DNA of 64,000 bases from contig OY776215.1 of assembly GCA_963675495.1 (NCBI GenBank), positions 2,272,001-2,336,000 of the forward strand, given 5' to 3'. Positions 31,009 through 40,250 of this stretch are shown in pieces; within the stretch, counting starts at the first letter, position 1, and each line of letters starts with the position of its first letter. The notes under the pieces are model-generated. The model saw only the letters and a program-made list of their open reading frames with translations. It did no database searches and was not told the DNA's origin. Both the position numbers and the translations under genes were made by a program. This stretch comes from an uncultured Methanolobus sp. Lineage in GTDB: Archaea; Halobacteriota; Methanosarcinia; Methanosarcinales; Methanosarcinaceae.

Positions 31009-32376
31009 ATGTCCATGCTGCTTCATCCTGAAGAAATACTTGAAACAATTAAAATGGTGAGCAACGAGAACCTTGACATACGGACTGTCACCATGGGCAT
31101 CAATCTGCGAGGTTGTAGTCACCCTGATATAGATACTTTCAATGAGAATGTCTACAACAGGATAATGTACTATGCAGAGGACCTCGTGAAGACAACCAAT
31201 GAAATACAGAACCTTTACGGGATCCCAATAATCAATAAAAGAATATCTGTGACTCCAATTGCAATAGTTGCGGAAAGTTGCGATGCCACAGACCTCACAC
31301 CTGTAGCACAGACACTGGACAGGGCTGCCGAGGATACAGGCGTTGATTTCATAGGCGGATTCAGTGCCCTGGTGCAGAAGGGAATGACTCCGGGTGATCT
31401 GAAACTTATTAATTCTATCCCCAAGGCTCTTGCGAGTACCAATAAAGTCTGTTCTTCTGTAAACGTGGCAACCACTAAGGCAGGTATCAATATGGATGCT
31501 GTTGCTTTGATGGGCAAAGTCATAAAAGAGACAGCTGAGCAGACAAAAGATTATTCAGGAATCGGCTGTGCTAAACTTGTTGTCTTTGCAAATGCTCCTG
31601 AAGACAATCCGTTCATGGCAGGTGCTTTCCACGGAATTGGCGAACCTGATTGTGTTATCAATGTAGGTGTAAGCGGTCCCGGGGTTGTTAACTCCGCAGT
31701 GCGTGCGCTCAAAGACCCGACACTTGGGGATATCTCAGAGTGCATTAAAAAGACTGCTTTTAAGATAACCCGAATGGGTGAAATGGTAGGCAAAGAAGCT
31801 GCCCGTAGGCTTCATGCACAGTTTGGCGTACTCGACTTGTCTCTCGCTCCAACTCCTGCAGTGGGTGATAGTGTGGCTGCTATTCTGGAAGCTATGGGTT
31901 TGGAGAGTTGTGGGACCCATGGAACCACCGCCGCACTTGCTCTTCTCAATGATGCAGTCAAGAAAGGAGGGGCTATGGCATCATCTTCCGTTGGTGGACT
32001 CAGCGGTGCATTCATTCCTGTGAGTGAGGACGAAGGTATGATCCGGGCTGTACAAAGAGGCTCTCTTTCACTGGATAAACTTGAGGCAATGACCAGTGTA
32101 TGTTCTGTAGGCCTTGATATGATCGCAGTCCCAGGTGATACTCCATCATCAACTCTTTCTGCTATAATTGCAGATGAGATGGCAATAGGAATGATCAACA
32201 GGAAGACAACTGCTGTAAGGGTGATACCTGCACCAGGGACAAATGTAGGAGATATGATCGAGTTTGGCGGTCTTCTTGGAAGTGCTCCGGTTATGCCGGT
32301 ACACAAGTTCAGTTCAGAGCAGTTCATCTCAAGAGGCGGTCGAATACCTGCTCCGATACAGTCACTTACAAATTGA
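31009..32376 (+). CDS. PFL-like UPF0210/DUF711 family protein
   Basis: [44 protein letters not shown]. Confidence 0.92.
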   Translation: MSMLLHPEEILETIKMVSNENLDIRTVTMGINLRGCSHPDIDTFNENVYNRIMYYAEDLVKTTNEIQNLYGIPIINKRISVTPIAIVAESCDATDLTPVAQTLDRAAEDTGVDFIGGFSALVQKGMTPGDLKLINSIPKALASTNKVCSSVNVATTKAGINMDAVALMGKVIKETAEQTKDYSGIGCAKLVVFANAPEDNPFMAGAFHGIGEPDCVINVGVSGPGVVNSAVRALKDPTLGDISECIKKTAFKITRMGEMVGKEAARRLHAQFGVLDLSLAPTPAVGDSVAAILEAMGLESCGTHGTTAALALLNDAVKKGGAMASSSVGGLSGAFIPVSEDEGMIRAVQRGSLSLDKLEAMTSVCSVGLDMIAVPGDTPSSTLSAIIADEMAIGMINRKTTAVRVIPAPGTNVGDMIEFGGLLGSAPVMPVHKFSSEQFISRGGRIPAPIQSLTN

Positions 32377-32411
32377 ATCCCTGACCTTTAATTAGTACAG
32401 GAGGCGTTCAC

Positions 32412-32933
32412 ATGATAATCACTCTTATAGGTATGCCTGGTGCAGGCAAAAGTTCCGCAGGACAGAAGCTTGCATCCTTTCTGGGGTATGGGTTTATCGA
32501 TACAGATAAACTTGTGATAGATGGATCAGGTACAGGTCTGCAGAACATTGTCAATGATATGGGTGATGTGGCTCTTGTACGTGCAGAAGAGCAAAGTATT
32601 CTTGGACTTGAACTAAAGAACAACTGTATAATTGCAACAGGTGGAAGTGTAGTTTATTCTGAAAAAGCAATGCAATTTCTGAAATCAAGGTCAGTTGTTG
32701 TGTATCTGGATGTTCCCTTTGGTACTATTGTAATGAGGTTGTCCAATCTTGCTACAAGGGGTGTAGTAGGTCTGAAAGAAAAAGGATTGAACGGTTTGTA
32801 TGAAGAAAGAACTGTCCTTTACAGGTCATTTGCAGATCACATTATCGAAGTTGATAGAAAAGATAAAGTAGTGGACGTTGCAAAAAAAATAATGGCAAAG
32901 GTTCTGCCCGAACACGAAGCAAATACCAGATGA
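32412..32933 (+). CDS. aroK: Shikimate kinase (bacterial AroK/P-loop type)
   Basis: LIGMPGAGKS, FIDTD, IATGGSVV, ER..LY. Confidence 0.85.
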   Translation: MIITLIGMPGAGKSSAGQKLASFLGYGFIDTDKLVIDGSGTGLQNIVNDMGDVALVRAEEQSILGLELKNNCIIATGGSVVYSEKAMQFLKSRSVVVYLDVPFGTIVMRLSNLATRGVVGLKEKGLNGLYEERTVLYRSFADHIIEVDRKDKVVDVAKKIMAKVLPEHEANTR

Positions 32934-32936
32934 ATA

Positions 32937-33779
32937 TCAGTCATTCTGTGTGTTCCACCACATCTTCACTCTTGTGGAACGTGCATCATAAATGTAATTG
33001 CCATTCTCCTTTCTGAGATTCTCTTCCAGGTATTGTTCGAGTATCTCCCGCTGTTTTTCTGTTGTTAGTGAAAAATGATTTGCCAGATCATCTATTGCTT
33101 CATCCATATCTGTGTATATCTCAGTGCGTCCAAGTGTAAAAGTTTCCATGCTAGGGTAGATTCCCATCTGATACAGCAAGTTATAGATTATATTGCACTT
33201 AGGTGTGCAGTGGTATTCCTTTCCGTGTAGTTGGGGCCAAATTTTCTTTGAATGCACATCCCATGATGTATCACCTGCAAACCAGTATAGGTAGATATGT
33301 CCTGAAGATGCCGACTGCATATCCTCAATTGCTTTGCGGATGTCTGGCATACTGAGGGAGAATGATGCGATAATTGTATCGTACGGTCCATCGAGGTCAT
33401 TTTCAACATCGATGTCTTCCCATCTCTTTTTGACAATGGAGATATTATCGCGTCCATACTCGGTCATGTTCTCTTCCATGACTTCTATCATACCCTTTGA
33501 AGGCTCAATAGCAGTTACGTGCTTCACTTTTTCAGAAAGGGGAATTGCAAGTGTTCCTGGTCCCGCTCCAATATCAAGCACTCTGGACTGCGGGGTGATT
33601 TGGAGACTTTTGATAGTTTCCCTGGCTCTTTTCTGGTTATCTTTCTGTGACATTTCCCAGAATCTTTTAGCACTCTTTTTATCTTCCCATATGGAGCTCT
33701 TCTTTTTGTTCCCGCTTTCAAGATGTCTTTTCATTTGCTCTATCCAGACATCACTCCAATCTATACTATTATAATCCAT
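32937..33779 (-). CDS. Class I SAM-dependent methyltransferase
   Basis: VLDIGAGPGTL, TAIEPSKGM, KRWEDI. Confidence 0.88.
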   Translation of the reverse strand: MDYNSIDWSDVWIEQMKRHLESGNKKKSSIWEDKKSAKRFWEMSQKDNQKRARETIKSLQITPQSRVLDIGAGPGTLAIPLSEKVKHVTAIEPSKGMIEVMEENMTEYGRDNISIVKKRWEDIDVENDLDGPYDTIIASFSLSMPDIRKAIEDMQSASSGHIYLYWFAGDTSWDVHSKKIWPQLHGKEYHCTPKCNIIYNLLYQMGIYPSMETFTLGRTEIYTDMDEAIDDLANHFSLTTEKQREILEQYLEENLRKENGNYIYDARSTRVKMWWNTQND

Positions 33780-33818
33780 GATGATTCCCTTTTAGTTTTT
33801 GCTGATTTATTTTTTTTC

Positions 33819-34571
33819 TTAAACTGGTATTACCACTGACATATTCTGGTAGTTTTGTATAGTTACAGGTACCCCATACACCTCTTTGATAATTTCCGGT
33901 GTAATGTCTCCCATATTGCCTGCCGCAAAGATGGTACCATTTTTCAGGAACAGGAATTTATCAGAATACCTGAAAGCAAGGTTAAGGTCGTGCATTGTCA
34001 TGATGGCAGACACATTTTCCTCTCTGACAACATCCCTTACAGTGTCCAGTATTTCAAGCTGGTTCTTAAGGTCCAGGCTACTTGTGGGTTCGTCCAGCAA
34101 AAGCAGTTTTGGATTCTGTGCGATTGCACGTGCGATGCCAACTTTCTGAAGCTCTCCTCCGCTGAGTTCATCTATGTACCTCAGGGCAATGTCTTCAAGA
34201 TGTAATTTCTTAATAGTATCTTCTACTATCATTACATCTTCCGGGCTAATGTTCCATTTCATATGCGGCATCCTTCCAAGAAGTATTGCATCAAAGGCAG
34301 TTAGTCTGGCGGGCTCGCATCTCTGTGGAACATATCCAAGTCTTCTTGCAATCTCTATCTGCTCCAGCTTAAGGATATCCTCGTCTTCTATAAGCACTGT
34401 TCCTCTTTTTGGCTTGAGGATAGCATTCATGCATTTGAGCAGTGTGGTTTTACCTACACCATTAGGTCCTAGTATTGATAATATCTCATTCCTTTTGAGT
34501 TGGAATTTGATATCCTTCAATACTTCCTTGCTTTTATATTGGAATTCCACTCCGTCCACATCAAGTATCAT
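33819..34571 (-). CDS. Iron-chelate/cobalamin/metal ABC transporter ATP-binding protein
   Basis: GPNGVGKTT, LSGGELQ, LLLDEPT, MHDLNLA. Confidence 0.93.
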   Translation of the reverse strand: MILDVDGVEFQYKSKEVLKDIKFQLKRNEILSILGPNGVGKTTLLKCMNAILKPKRGTVLIEDEDILKLEQIEIARRLGYVPQRCEPARLTAFDAILLGRMPHMKWNISPEDVMIVEDTIKKLHLEDIALRYIDELSGGELQKVGIARAIAQNPKLLLLDEPTSSLDLKNQLEILDTVRDVVREENVSAIMTMHDLNLAFRYSDKFLFLKNGTIFAAGNMGDITPEIIKEVYGVPVTIQNYQNMSVVIPV

Positions 34572-35644
34572 ATTCTTCTCCCTCCGAGTATCAGGTAAAT
34601 AAATGTAGGTGCACCCAAAAATGACGTAAGAACCGCAACCGGTAATTGGTATGGTTCAATCATCACCCTTGCTACGGTATCTGCACAAAGCAGAAGTAGT
34701 GCCCCTATAAGAAGACTTCCTGTTATCAGGAAACGATGGTCATCACCGATTATCCGGCGTGCCATATGTGGGCATATAAGTCCTACAAAACCGATAACAC
34801 CAAGGAATGCAACAATGATAGCCGTTACCAGAGAGGCGCACATCATTCCTCTGAGCCTTACTTTTTCCACGTTCACACCCAGACCCTTTGCAGTTTCATC
34901 TCCGGCATCTATGGCATTGTATTTCCATCGGTTCAATATAAAGTAGAGTGTCGACCCTGCCACAATGAGAGTTATCAGTCCCAGTTCTTCCCAGCTTGCC
35001 CTTGAAACATCTCCAAAGGTCCAGAAGACCATGGATGCAAGTTGCACATCATCTGCAAAATATTGCAGGAACATTGTCCCTGCTGTGAATAGGGAACCTA
35101 TAGCTACACCCACAAGGATCATTATTTCAGGTGTGTTCCCTCTGATCCTTGAAAATGCCAGAATGACCACTGTGACAAGGAGTGCGAACACAAAAGCTAC
35201 AACAGTGGTGGTATATGGGTTGCTAATGGTAACTGCATCACCAACATGGCTGTGTGTGGCACCTGTTCCAAGAACCATCACTGAAAAAGCCGCTCCAAAG
35301 GCTGCAGCATTTGATATTCCCAGGGTGAAAGGAGATCCAAGCGGGTTTCTGAGTATTGACTGCATTACCACGCCGGCTACAGACAGGCCGGCACCTGCCA
35401 CGATGGCTGTGAGTACCTGTGGCAGACGTATGTTCCATATGATACTATTCCATCTGTCACTGTGTCCTGTGAGTGTCTGTATAACTTCCAGTAGTGGGAT
35501 GTCTACGGGTCCTACTGAGATAGAGATTATCATCATTACAAACAGAAGCACGGCTGCTGACAGGATGTATTTAGTTTTCCTGCCGGTGTGGTCTCTGTAA
35601 CGACGGGCTATTTCACCTTCTGTTCCAGTCATTCCTTTCACCAT
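34568..35644 (-). CDS. FecCD/BtuC family ABC permease
   Basis: IRLPQV, MQSILRNPL, GVIGFVGLICPH..R, LPVAVLTSFLGAP. Confidence 0.93.
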   Translation of the reverse strand: MVKGMTGTEGEIARRYRDHTGRKTKYILSAAVLLFVMMIISISVGPVDIPLLEVIQTLTGHSDRWNSIIWNIRLPQVLTAIVAGAGLSVAGVVMQSILRNPLGSPFTLGISNAAAFGAAFSVMVLGTGATHSHVGDAVTISNPYTTTVVAFVFALLVTVVILAFSRIRGNTPEIMILVGVAIGSLFTAGTMFLQYFADDVQLASMVFWTFGDVSRASWEELGLITLIVAGSTLYFILNRWKYNAIDAGDETAKGLGVNVEKVRLRGMMCASLVTAIIVAFLGVIGFVGLICPHMARRIIGDDHRFLITGSLLIGALLLLCADTVARVMIEPYQLPVAVLTSFLGAPTFIYLILGGRRI

Positions 35645-35666
35645 TCTCTCTTAGCTGTAAGGATGC

Positions 35667-36839
35667 TCAGACATCCATTTTCGTAAATGCAGGAGTTCCA
35701 GAAGCATTGATCATTTGAGCATACACTTGCTTTCCGAGTTCCTCATCTCCATCGCACACCAGGAATGTGTAGATATCTGTTGTTTTTTCTTCAAGGCCAA
35801 TGTCCTCAAACCTATCAGGATAGAGTAACTTTCCTGCGAAGTACGAATCCGCAAGCACTGACCCAAAGTTCTGTGTGTACCAGTTATAAGGTAGCATTCC
35901 GTACACGTTACCTGCTCGCACTGCCTGAAGTTGTTGATAGGATTTGTCATTCTGCAACTGGTAAAGGGCACTGTTCTCATCTTCTGTTTGCAGTGTGGAC
36001 AGATCAACAAATATGATCTCAGGGTCCCAATCAATTATTTTCTCTCTGGAAACTTCTGCAGTGCTGAGGTCCATGTCATCGTGTGCAACATTCAGCGCGT
36101 TTGTGAAAAGCAGTGGTGGATATGTTGGTTCGGTGGACTGAAGGCCATGTGGTCCTGAGAGTGCAATACCGCCTATATAACATGTAGTTTTTTCATCTTC
36201 AGGCACACTTGCAGTTCGTTCATTGAGGTCTGCTATGTTTTCTTCAAAGAATGAGATTACTTCTTCAGCACGTTCTTGTTTATCCATTACTTCACCCATT
36301 ATCCTCAGGCTCTGGTACATATTTTCCCTGTTGTTTACCATGTCTCCATAATTGAGTACAACCACAGGAATGCCTGTTTTTTCCTGAAGCTCTGCCGGGT
36401 CATAACCTGATGCTGAATATGTTTTGAGTATAACATCAGGTTGCGGGTCGAGTGCAAGTATTCTTTCTGGATTGTCATTTCCCCTGAATTCTCCAAAAAC
36501 TGCGTAATCCGTACTGAACTGTGGATTTGCAAGGGCATAGGGTCTTGGGTCGTATGTCGATTCTCTTGTTTCGCGACTGTCCACGGCAATTATTTTGTTT
36601 TCTTCTTCAAGATATGTCAGAAGCCTGAGTGCTCCGGAACCTGAACATATTACATGCTCGAGTGATTCCGGGATTTCTACTGTCCTGCCTAGAGCATCCG
36701 TGACGGTTATTGTTGCTACTTGATCCTGTGTATGGATGCTTTGGGATGTTGATGTACTGTCCATGCAACCCGAAACCGATGTTGCAACGCTTATTAGCAA
36801 GAATAAACATGCTATGGTCCTGATTCTGATTCTTTTCAT
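35667..36839 (-). CDS. ABC transporter substrate-binding lipoprotein (FepB/BtuF-like)
   Basis: Lipobox VSGC, TVTDALGRTVEIP, ERILALDPQPD, WDPEIIFVD. Confidence 0.9.
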   Translation of the reverse strand: MKRIRIRTIACLFLLISVATSVSGCMDSTSTSQSIHTQDQVATITVTDALGRTVEIPESLEHVICSGSGALRLLTYLEEENKIIAVDSRETRESTYDPRPYALANPQFSTDYAVFGEFRGNDNPERILALDPQPDVILKTYSASGYDPAELQEKTGIPVVVLNYGDMVNNRENMYQSLRIMGEVMDKQERAEEVISFFEENIADLNERTASVPEDEKTTCYIGGIALSGPHGLQSTEPTYPPLLFTNALNVAHDDMDLSTAEVSREKIIDWDPEIIFVDLSTLQTEDENSALYQLQNDKSYQQLQAVRAGNVYGMLPYNWYTQNFGSVLADSYFAGKLLYPDRFEDIGLEEKTTDIYTFLVCDGDEELGKQVYAQMINASGTPAFTKMDV

Positions 36840-36894
36840 TTTTGAATCTCTCTTATCATATTATTATGTAAAATAAGCTGATTAAATATTAAAA

Positions 36895-36917
36895 TATTAC
36901 TGTTTAGTAATACTAAA
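36895..36917. promoter_or_regulatory. Possible metal-regulator operator (NikR-like half sites)
   Basis: TATTAC-tgttta-GTAATA overlapping TTTAGTA-A-TACTAAA, upstream of the ABC operon. Confidence 0.35.
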
Positions 36918-37164
36918 TATTATGTTTTTAAATTTATGTTGCGCAATTACTCGGTGAAAACATTCCTGTAGTGCAAAAAAAGAAGGAACTAAAAGTTTAG
37001 TCTCCATAGCAGATGAAACTGAAGTTTCATTAGGTGTTGATGATAAAGAAAATATTTCGGTGAAGAAATTCTCAGATGGACTGAGATTCAAACTTCTCTA
37101 TGGTTTTAAGAAATGGTTATAGCAATCAGTTAATAGTGGCAGATTGCGAAAAAAGATGAAGATA

Positions 37165-37189
37165 AAAGGTTGGAACAATTCCAACCTTT
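37165..37189 (-). terminator. Hairpin downstream of the FmdE gene
   Basis: AAAGGTTGGAA-caa-TTCCAACCTTT, a perfect 11-bp stem. Confidence 0.65.
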
Positions 37190-37204
37190 ATTCAATTGAC
37201 TCAG

Positions 37205-37855
37205 TTACCATCCTCTGTTATAATCCTCAAAGCAAGGGATGCAGACGAATTCTCTATTATGGACCCTTGCACGGGATTCTCCCATCATCTCTCCGCACTT
37301 TGCACATTTGACTGAGTTGAATATCCTTGCTTTTACGGGAATCTTAGCATCAACAAATTTTATGTCAAACATTTCTTCAACGGGGGTGTTCCTCATGGTT
37401 ATGGACACTCCATCCCTGCGCTTTTTGTATTCTTCTGTTTCTTCTTCTGTTGCTGTACCGGCCATAACTTTTGGACGCATTTTGCTCATTTCAGGGTCAA
37501 TATCTTCGATGTTGAAACTTGCTTTCAAGGCAATCCTGACTGCTTTGTTGCTATCTCTGCATATGAATGTGAAGACTTGCTTGGCATGGTCTTTGTAAAT
37601 GAGGTTGCCTTTTCCAATAGTACAACCTGTGAGGACCTGTACTGCATCTACTCCACATGCATCGTTCTCCACAATTGTGACGAGCTCCTCATCTCTGTCT
37701 CTCTCGGTTCCCAGTTTTTCTATTCCTGCTTTAGCAGCAATGTAACCAATAGTAAGTCCAGGGCATACATGTCCATGGAATTTTGCAGCTTCTTCAAAGG
37801 TGGGTATTTGGAGGGGTTTGCTTTGAGTTGAAGTTTTAGATGACATATTTATCAC
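37205..37855 (-). CDS. FmdE/FwdE family protein with C-terminal Zn finger
   Basis: FHGHVCPGL, ENDACGVDAVQVLTGCTIGKGNL, CAKCGE..CIPC. Confidence 0.92.
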   Translation of the reverse strand: MINMSSKTSTQSKPLQIPTFEEAAKFHGHVCPGLTIGYIAAKAGIEKLGTERDRDEELVTIVENDACGVDAVQVLTGCTIGKGNLIYKDHAKQVFTFICRDSNKAVRIALKASFNIEDIDPEMSKMRPKVMAGTATEEETEEYKKRRDGVSITMRNTPVEEMFDIKFVDAKIPVKARIFNSVKCAKCGEMMGESRARVHNREFVCIPCFEDYNRGW

Positions 37856-38250
37856 GGAGGATAAAGTTGAGTAATATGTTTAATACTTTTCGTGTTATTA
37901 ATTATTCCACAATTAATTTTTTGTAAACATGATTAAAAGTATATAGTGCTAAAATTTTGTGCTAGTAGCTTAGGTATTCTTTACTACCTTAGAATAAGAA
38001 CGAGCTTTCGAAACAACAATATGTTTTTCAGCTAAATACTCGTGAGACGGATTTATCCGAGTGTTTTTCTATATGGTGCCTAATGTTTTTTTCTTCTCTG
38101 GTTCTGCGAATGGGAACCCTTGTTAATGATTCATTGAGGGTAATGTATCATGACCTTGTCTTAAGCAGAACTCAGCTAAGGGGACCTATATATCGCATTT
38201 ACATAAAATTACAACTAGTGTTTGTGAGTTGTATCAAAAAAGTAGAATAG

Positions 38251-38325
38251 TGCTCCGATGGGGATTCGAACCCCAGTCGCAGGAGTGAGAGTCCTGCATG
38301 ATTGGCCGTGCTACACTATCGGAGC
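38251..38325 (-). tRNA. tRNA-Glu (CTC)
   Basis: Reverse complement GCTCCGA...GCAGGA CT CTC AC TCCTGC...GGTTCGAATCCC..TCGGAGCA folds as a cloverleaf. Confidence 0.96.
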
Positions 38326-38411
38326 AGTCTGATTTGCTAACAGCACCCTTGAAAGTAACTCAAGATTTATTAACCTTTCGTTTAGGGTGAAAAAAGGTGT
38401 ATGTTTGGGGT

Positions 38412-39650
38412 TTAGGCAAACATACTATGAGGCATATTTGGATCTTCTTCTTCATCTGCAACTACTTTTTCGTAAGCATCCATCATATCTTGCATGGTGA
38501 CGCTTTCACCGCGTCTTCTCAGGACGAACATTCCTGCCTCTTTAGCAATTATCTTCAGGTCGGCACCGCTAAGGCCATCTGTCATCTTTGCCAACTTATC
38601 AAAGTCTACATCTTCAGCGATGCTCATCTTGCGCGCATGTATCTTCAGGATTTCCAGGCGCCCCTTTTCATCGGGTATTGGAACTTCGATAACACGGTCA
38701 AAACGTCCCGGGCGAAGCAATGCAGGATCTAGCAGGTCTATTCTGTTGGTTGCAGCAATGACCTTTACATTCTGTGTTGCGTCAAATCCATCCATCTCAG
38801 CCAGAAGCTGAAGCATAGTACGGTTAACTTCCGCAGAGCCTGTGGTGCCGTCGTGTGTGCGCATACCGCCCACTGCATCGATCTCATCAATGAACAGGAT
38901 GGATGGGGACTTGTCGCGAGCCATCTGGAACACATCCTTGACCAGTCGTGCACCTTCTCCTACGAATTTCTGCACAAGATCGGAACCTGACATGCGTATG
39001 AATGTAGCATGTGCTCTTGAGGCGACCGCCTTTGCGATAAGGGTCTTGCCTGTTCCGGGGGCACCGTAAAGCAGCACACCGGTTGGTGGTTCGATACCTA
39101 TCTTTTCAAAGAGCTCTGGTTCAAGTAGTGGGAGTTCCACAGATTCTATGACCTCTTTGAGCACGTCATCCAGACCGCCTATCATATCATAGTCGATTCC
39201 CGGGGAGTTGATAAGTTCCATTACCTGGGCGCGCACATCGGCTGCTCTGGATATAATAGATATAATAGAGAATGCGGCATTAACACAAACTCTCATGCCC
39301 GGTTCTACATTCAGGTTGGCTGGTATCTTTGTTACAACTTCCTGGTTATTTCCGTGCTGCCTGATGAGTGCCTGACCGCTGTCAACTTCCATTACTGTGG
39401 CAATGAATAGGGGTGGGGTGGTCAGTTGTTCTATCTGCCTTTTGAATTTGTTAGTTTCTTCAAGGTAATTATTAGCTAACATACTTGCTTCAAGTAACTT
39501 AGCACGCATGTTCTCATTATTGACTTTAAGTATCTCGATTTCGTGAAGTAATGATTCTACACTTTTTTCTTCAAGGCTATCAGATTCGATCTGCGCCTTC
39601 ATTTTTGAGCCATTGGTGTCAATTGGTGATTCAGCACTACTATTTGACAT
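38412..39650 (-). CDS. pan: Proteasome-activating nucleotidase
   Basis: Coiled coil + OB fold; GAPGTGKT, ILFIDEID, ATNRIDLLDPALLRPGRFDR; C-terminal HbYX-like MFA. Confidence 0.95.
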   Translation of the reverse strand: MSNSSAESPIDTNGSKMKAQIESDSLEEKSVESLLHEIEILKVNNENMRAKLLEASMLANNYLEETNKFKRQIEQLTTPPLFIATVMEVDSGQALIRQHGNNQEVVTKIPANLNVEPGMRVCVNAAFSIISIISRAADVRAQVMELINSPGIDYDMIGGLDDVLKEVIESVELPLLEPELFEKIGIEPPTGVLLYGAPGTGKTLIAKAVASRAHATFIRMSGSDLVQKFVGEGARLVKDVFQMARDKSPSILFIDEIDAVGGMRTHDGTTGSAEVNRTMLQLLAEMDGFDATQNVKVIAATNRIDLLDPALLRPGRFDRVIEVPIPDEKGRLEILKIHARKMSIAEDVDFDKLAKMTDGLSGADLKIIAKEAGMFVLRRRGESVTMQDMMDAYEKVVADEEEDPNMPHSMFA

Positions 39651-40147
39651 AGATTCCTACTATAGTTATCATCGGATATAAAACCAACCGAATTTAAGCA
39701 TAGTGTTTTTGCCTTCTGAATGCCATTTTCTTTATTATTGTGATGTTTTTTCATTTTTAGGCTTATTCACTGAAAACATTGTTAATCTGTTTAATTATGG
39801 TCTTTTTGGTGAAAGAAGCTTTAAAAACAGATTTTTAATATTATTTGTATATAGTTACAGTCTGTTGGTATTATAATGCGTATTATAGTCCTAAATTCGA
39901 CAAATAACGAAATATTTATCTATCATCATTACAGTTGTTCTATTGTAGACGTGTTCTAGGATGTGTTTGCATTGCTTTATGGCTGTGTTAAATGTTTTAA
40001 TTCCAAAAAAAAGCTTTATTAAGGCTTTGATTTATCTCAAAACATTTGCATACTATTATTAGAGCAAATATTTATATAATATTAAATACATGTTAGTAAT
40101 TGTGAGTCACATAGTAACAACGTGTTCCTGATGTGTTCACAAAACAA

Positions 40148-40234
40148 CGGATCAAGATTAAAAAGAGCAACACCATTGTCTGAGGGGATAAATGGTTTGT
40201 GTGTCCATCAAATCTGAGGGGATGGATGGATCCG
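40148..40234 (+). promoter_or_regulatory. Candidate structured 5' leader: twin hairpins with identical UGAGGG loops
   Basis: TCTGAGGGGAT at 40179-40189 and 40213-40223, each within a stem. CGGATC/GATCCG could close a multiloop. Confidence 0.55.
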
Positions 40235-40250
40235 CAACGAGGCAAAAAAG

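Noticed and set aside
36958-37122. Open plus-strand frame (...SAKKEGTKSLVSIADETEV...YGFKKWL*) and the 64-aa minus ORF
   Set aside because: No convincing start and no recognisable family; at most a gene fragment.
38126-38151. Third hairpin with a GAGGGT loop similar to the 40.2 kb motif
   Set aside because: It lacks the TCTGAGGGGAT core and is not upstream of a plus-strand gene; probably chance.
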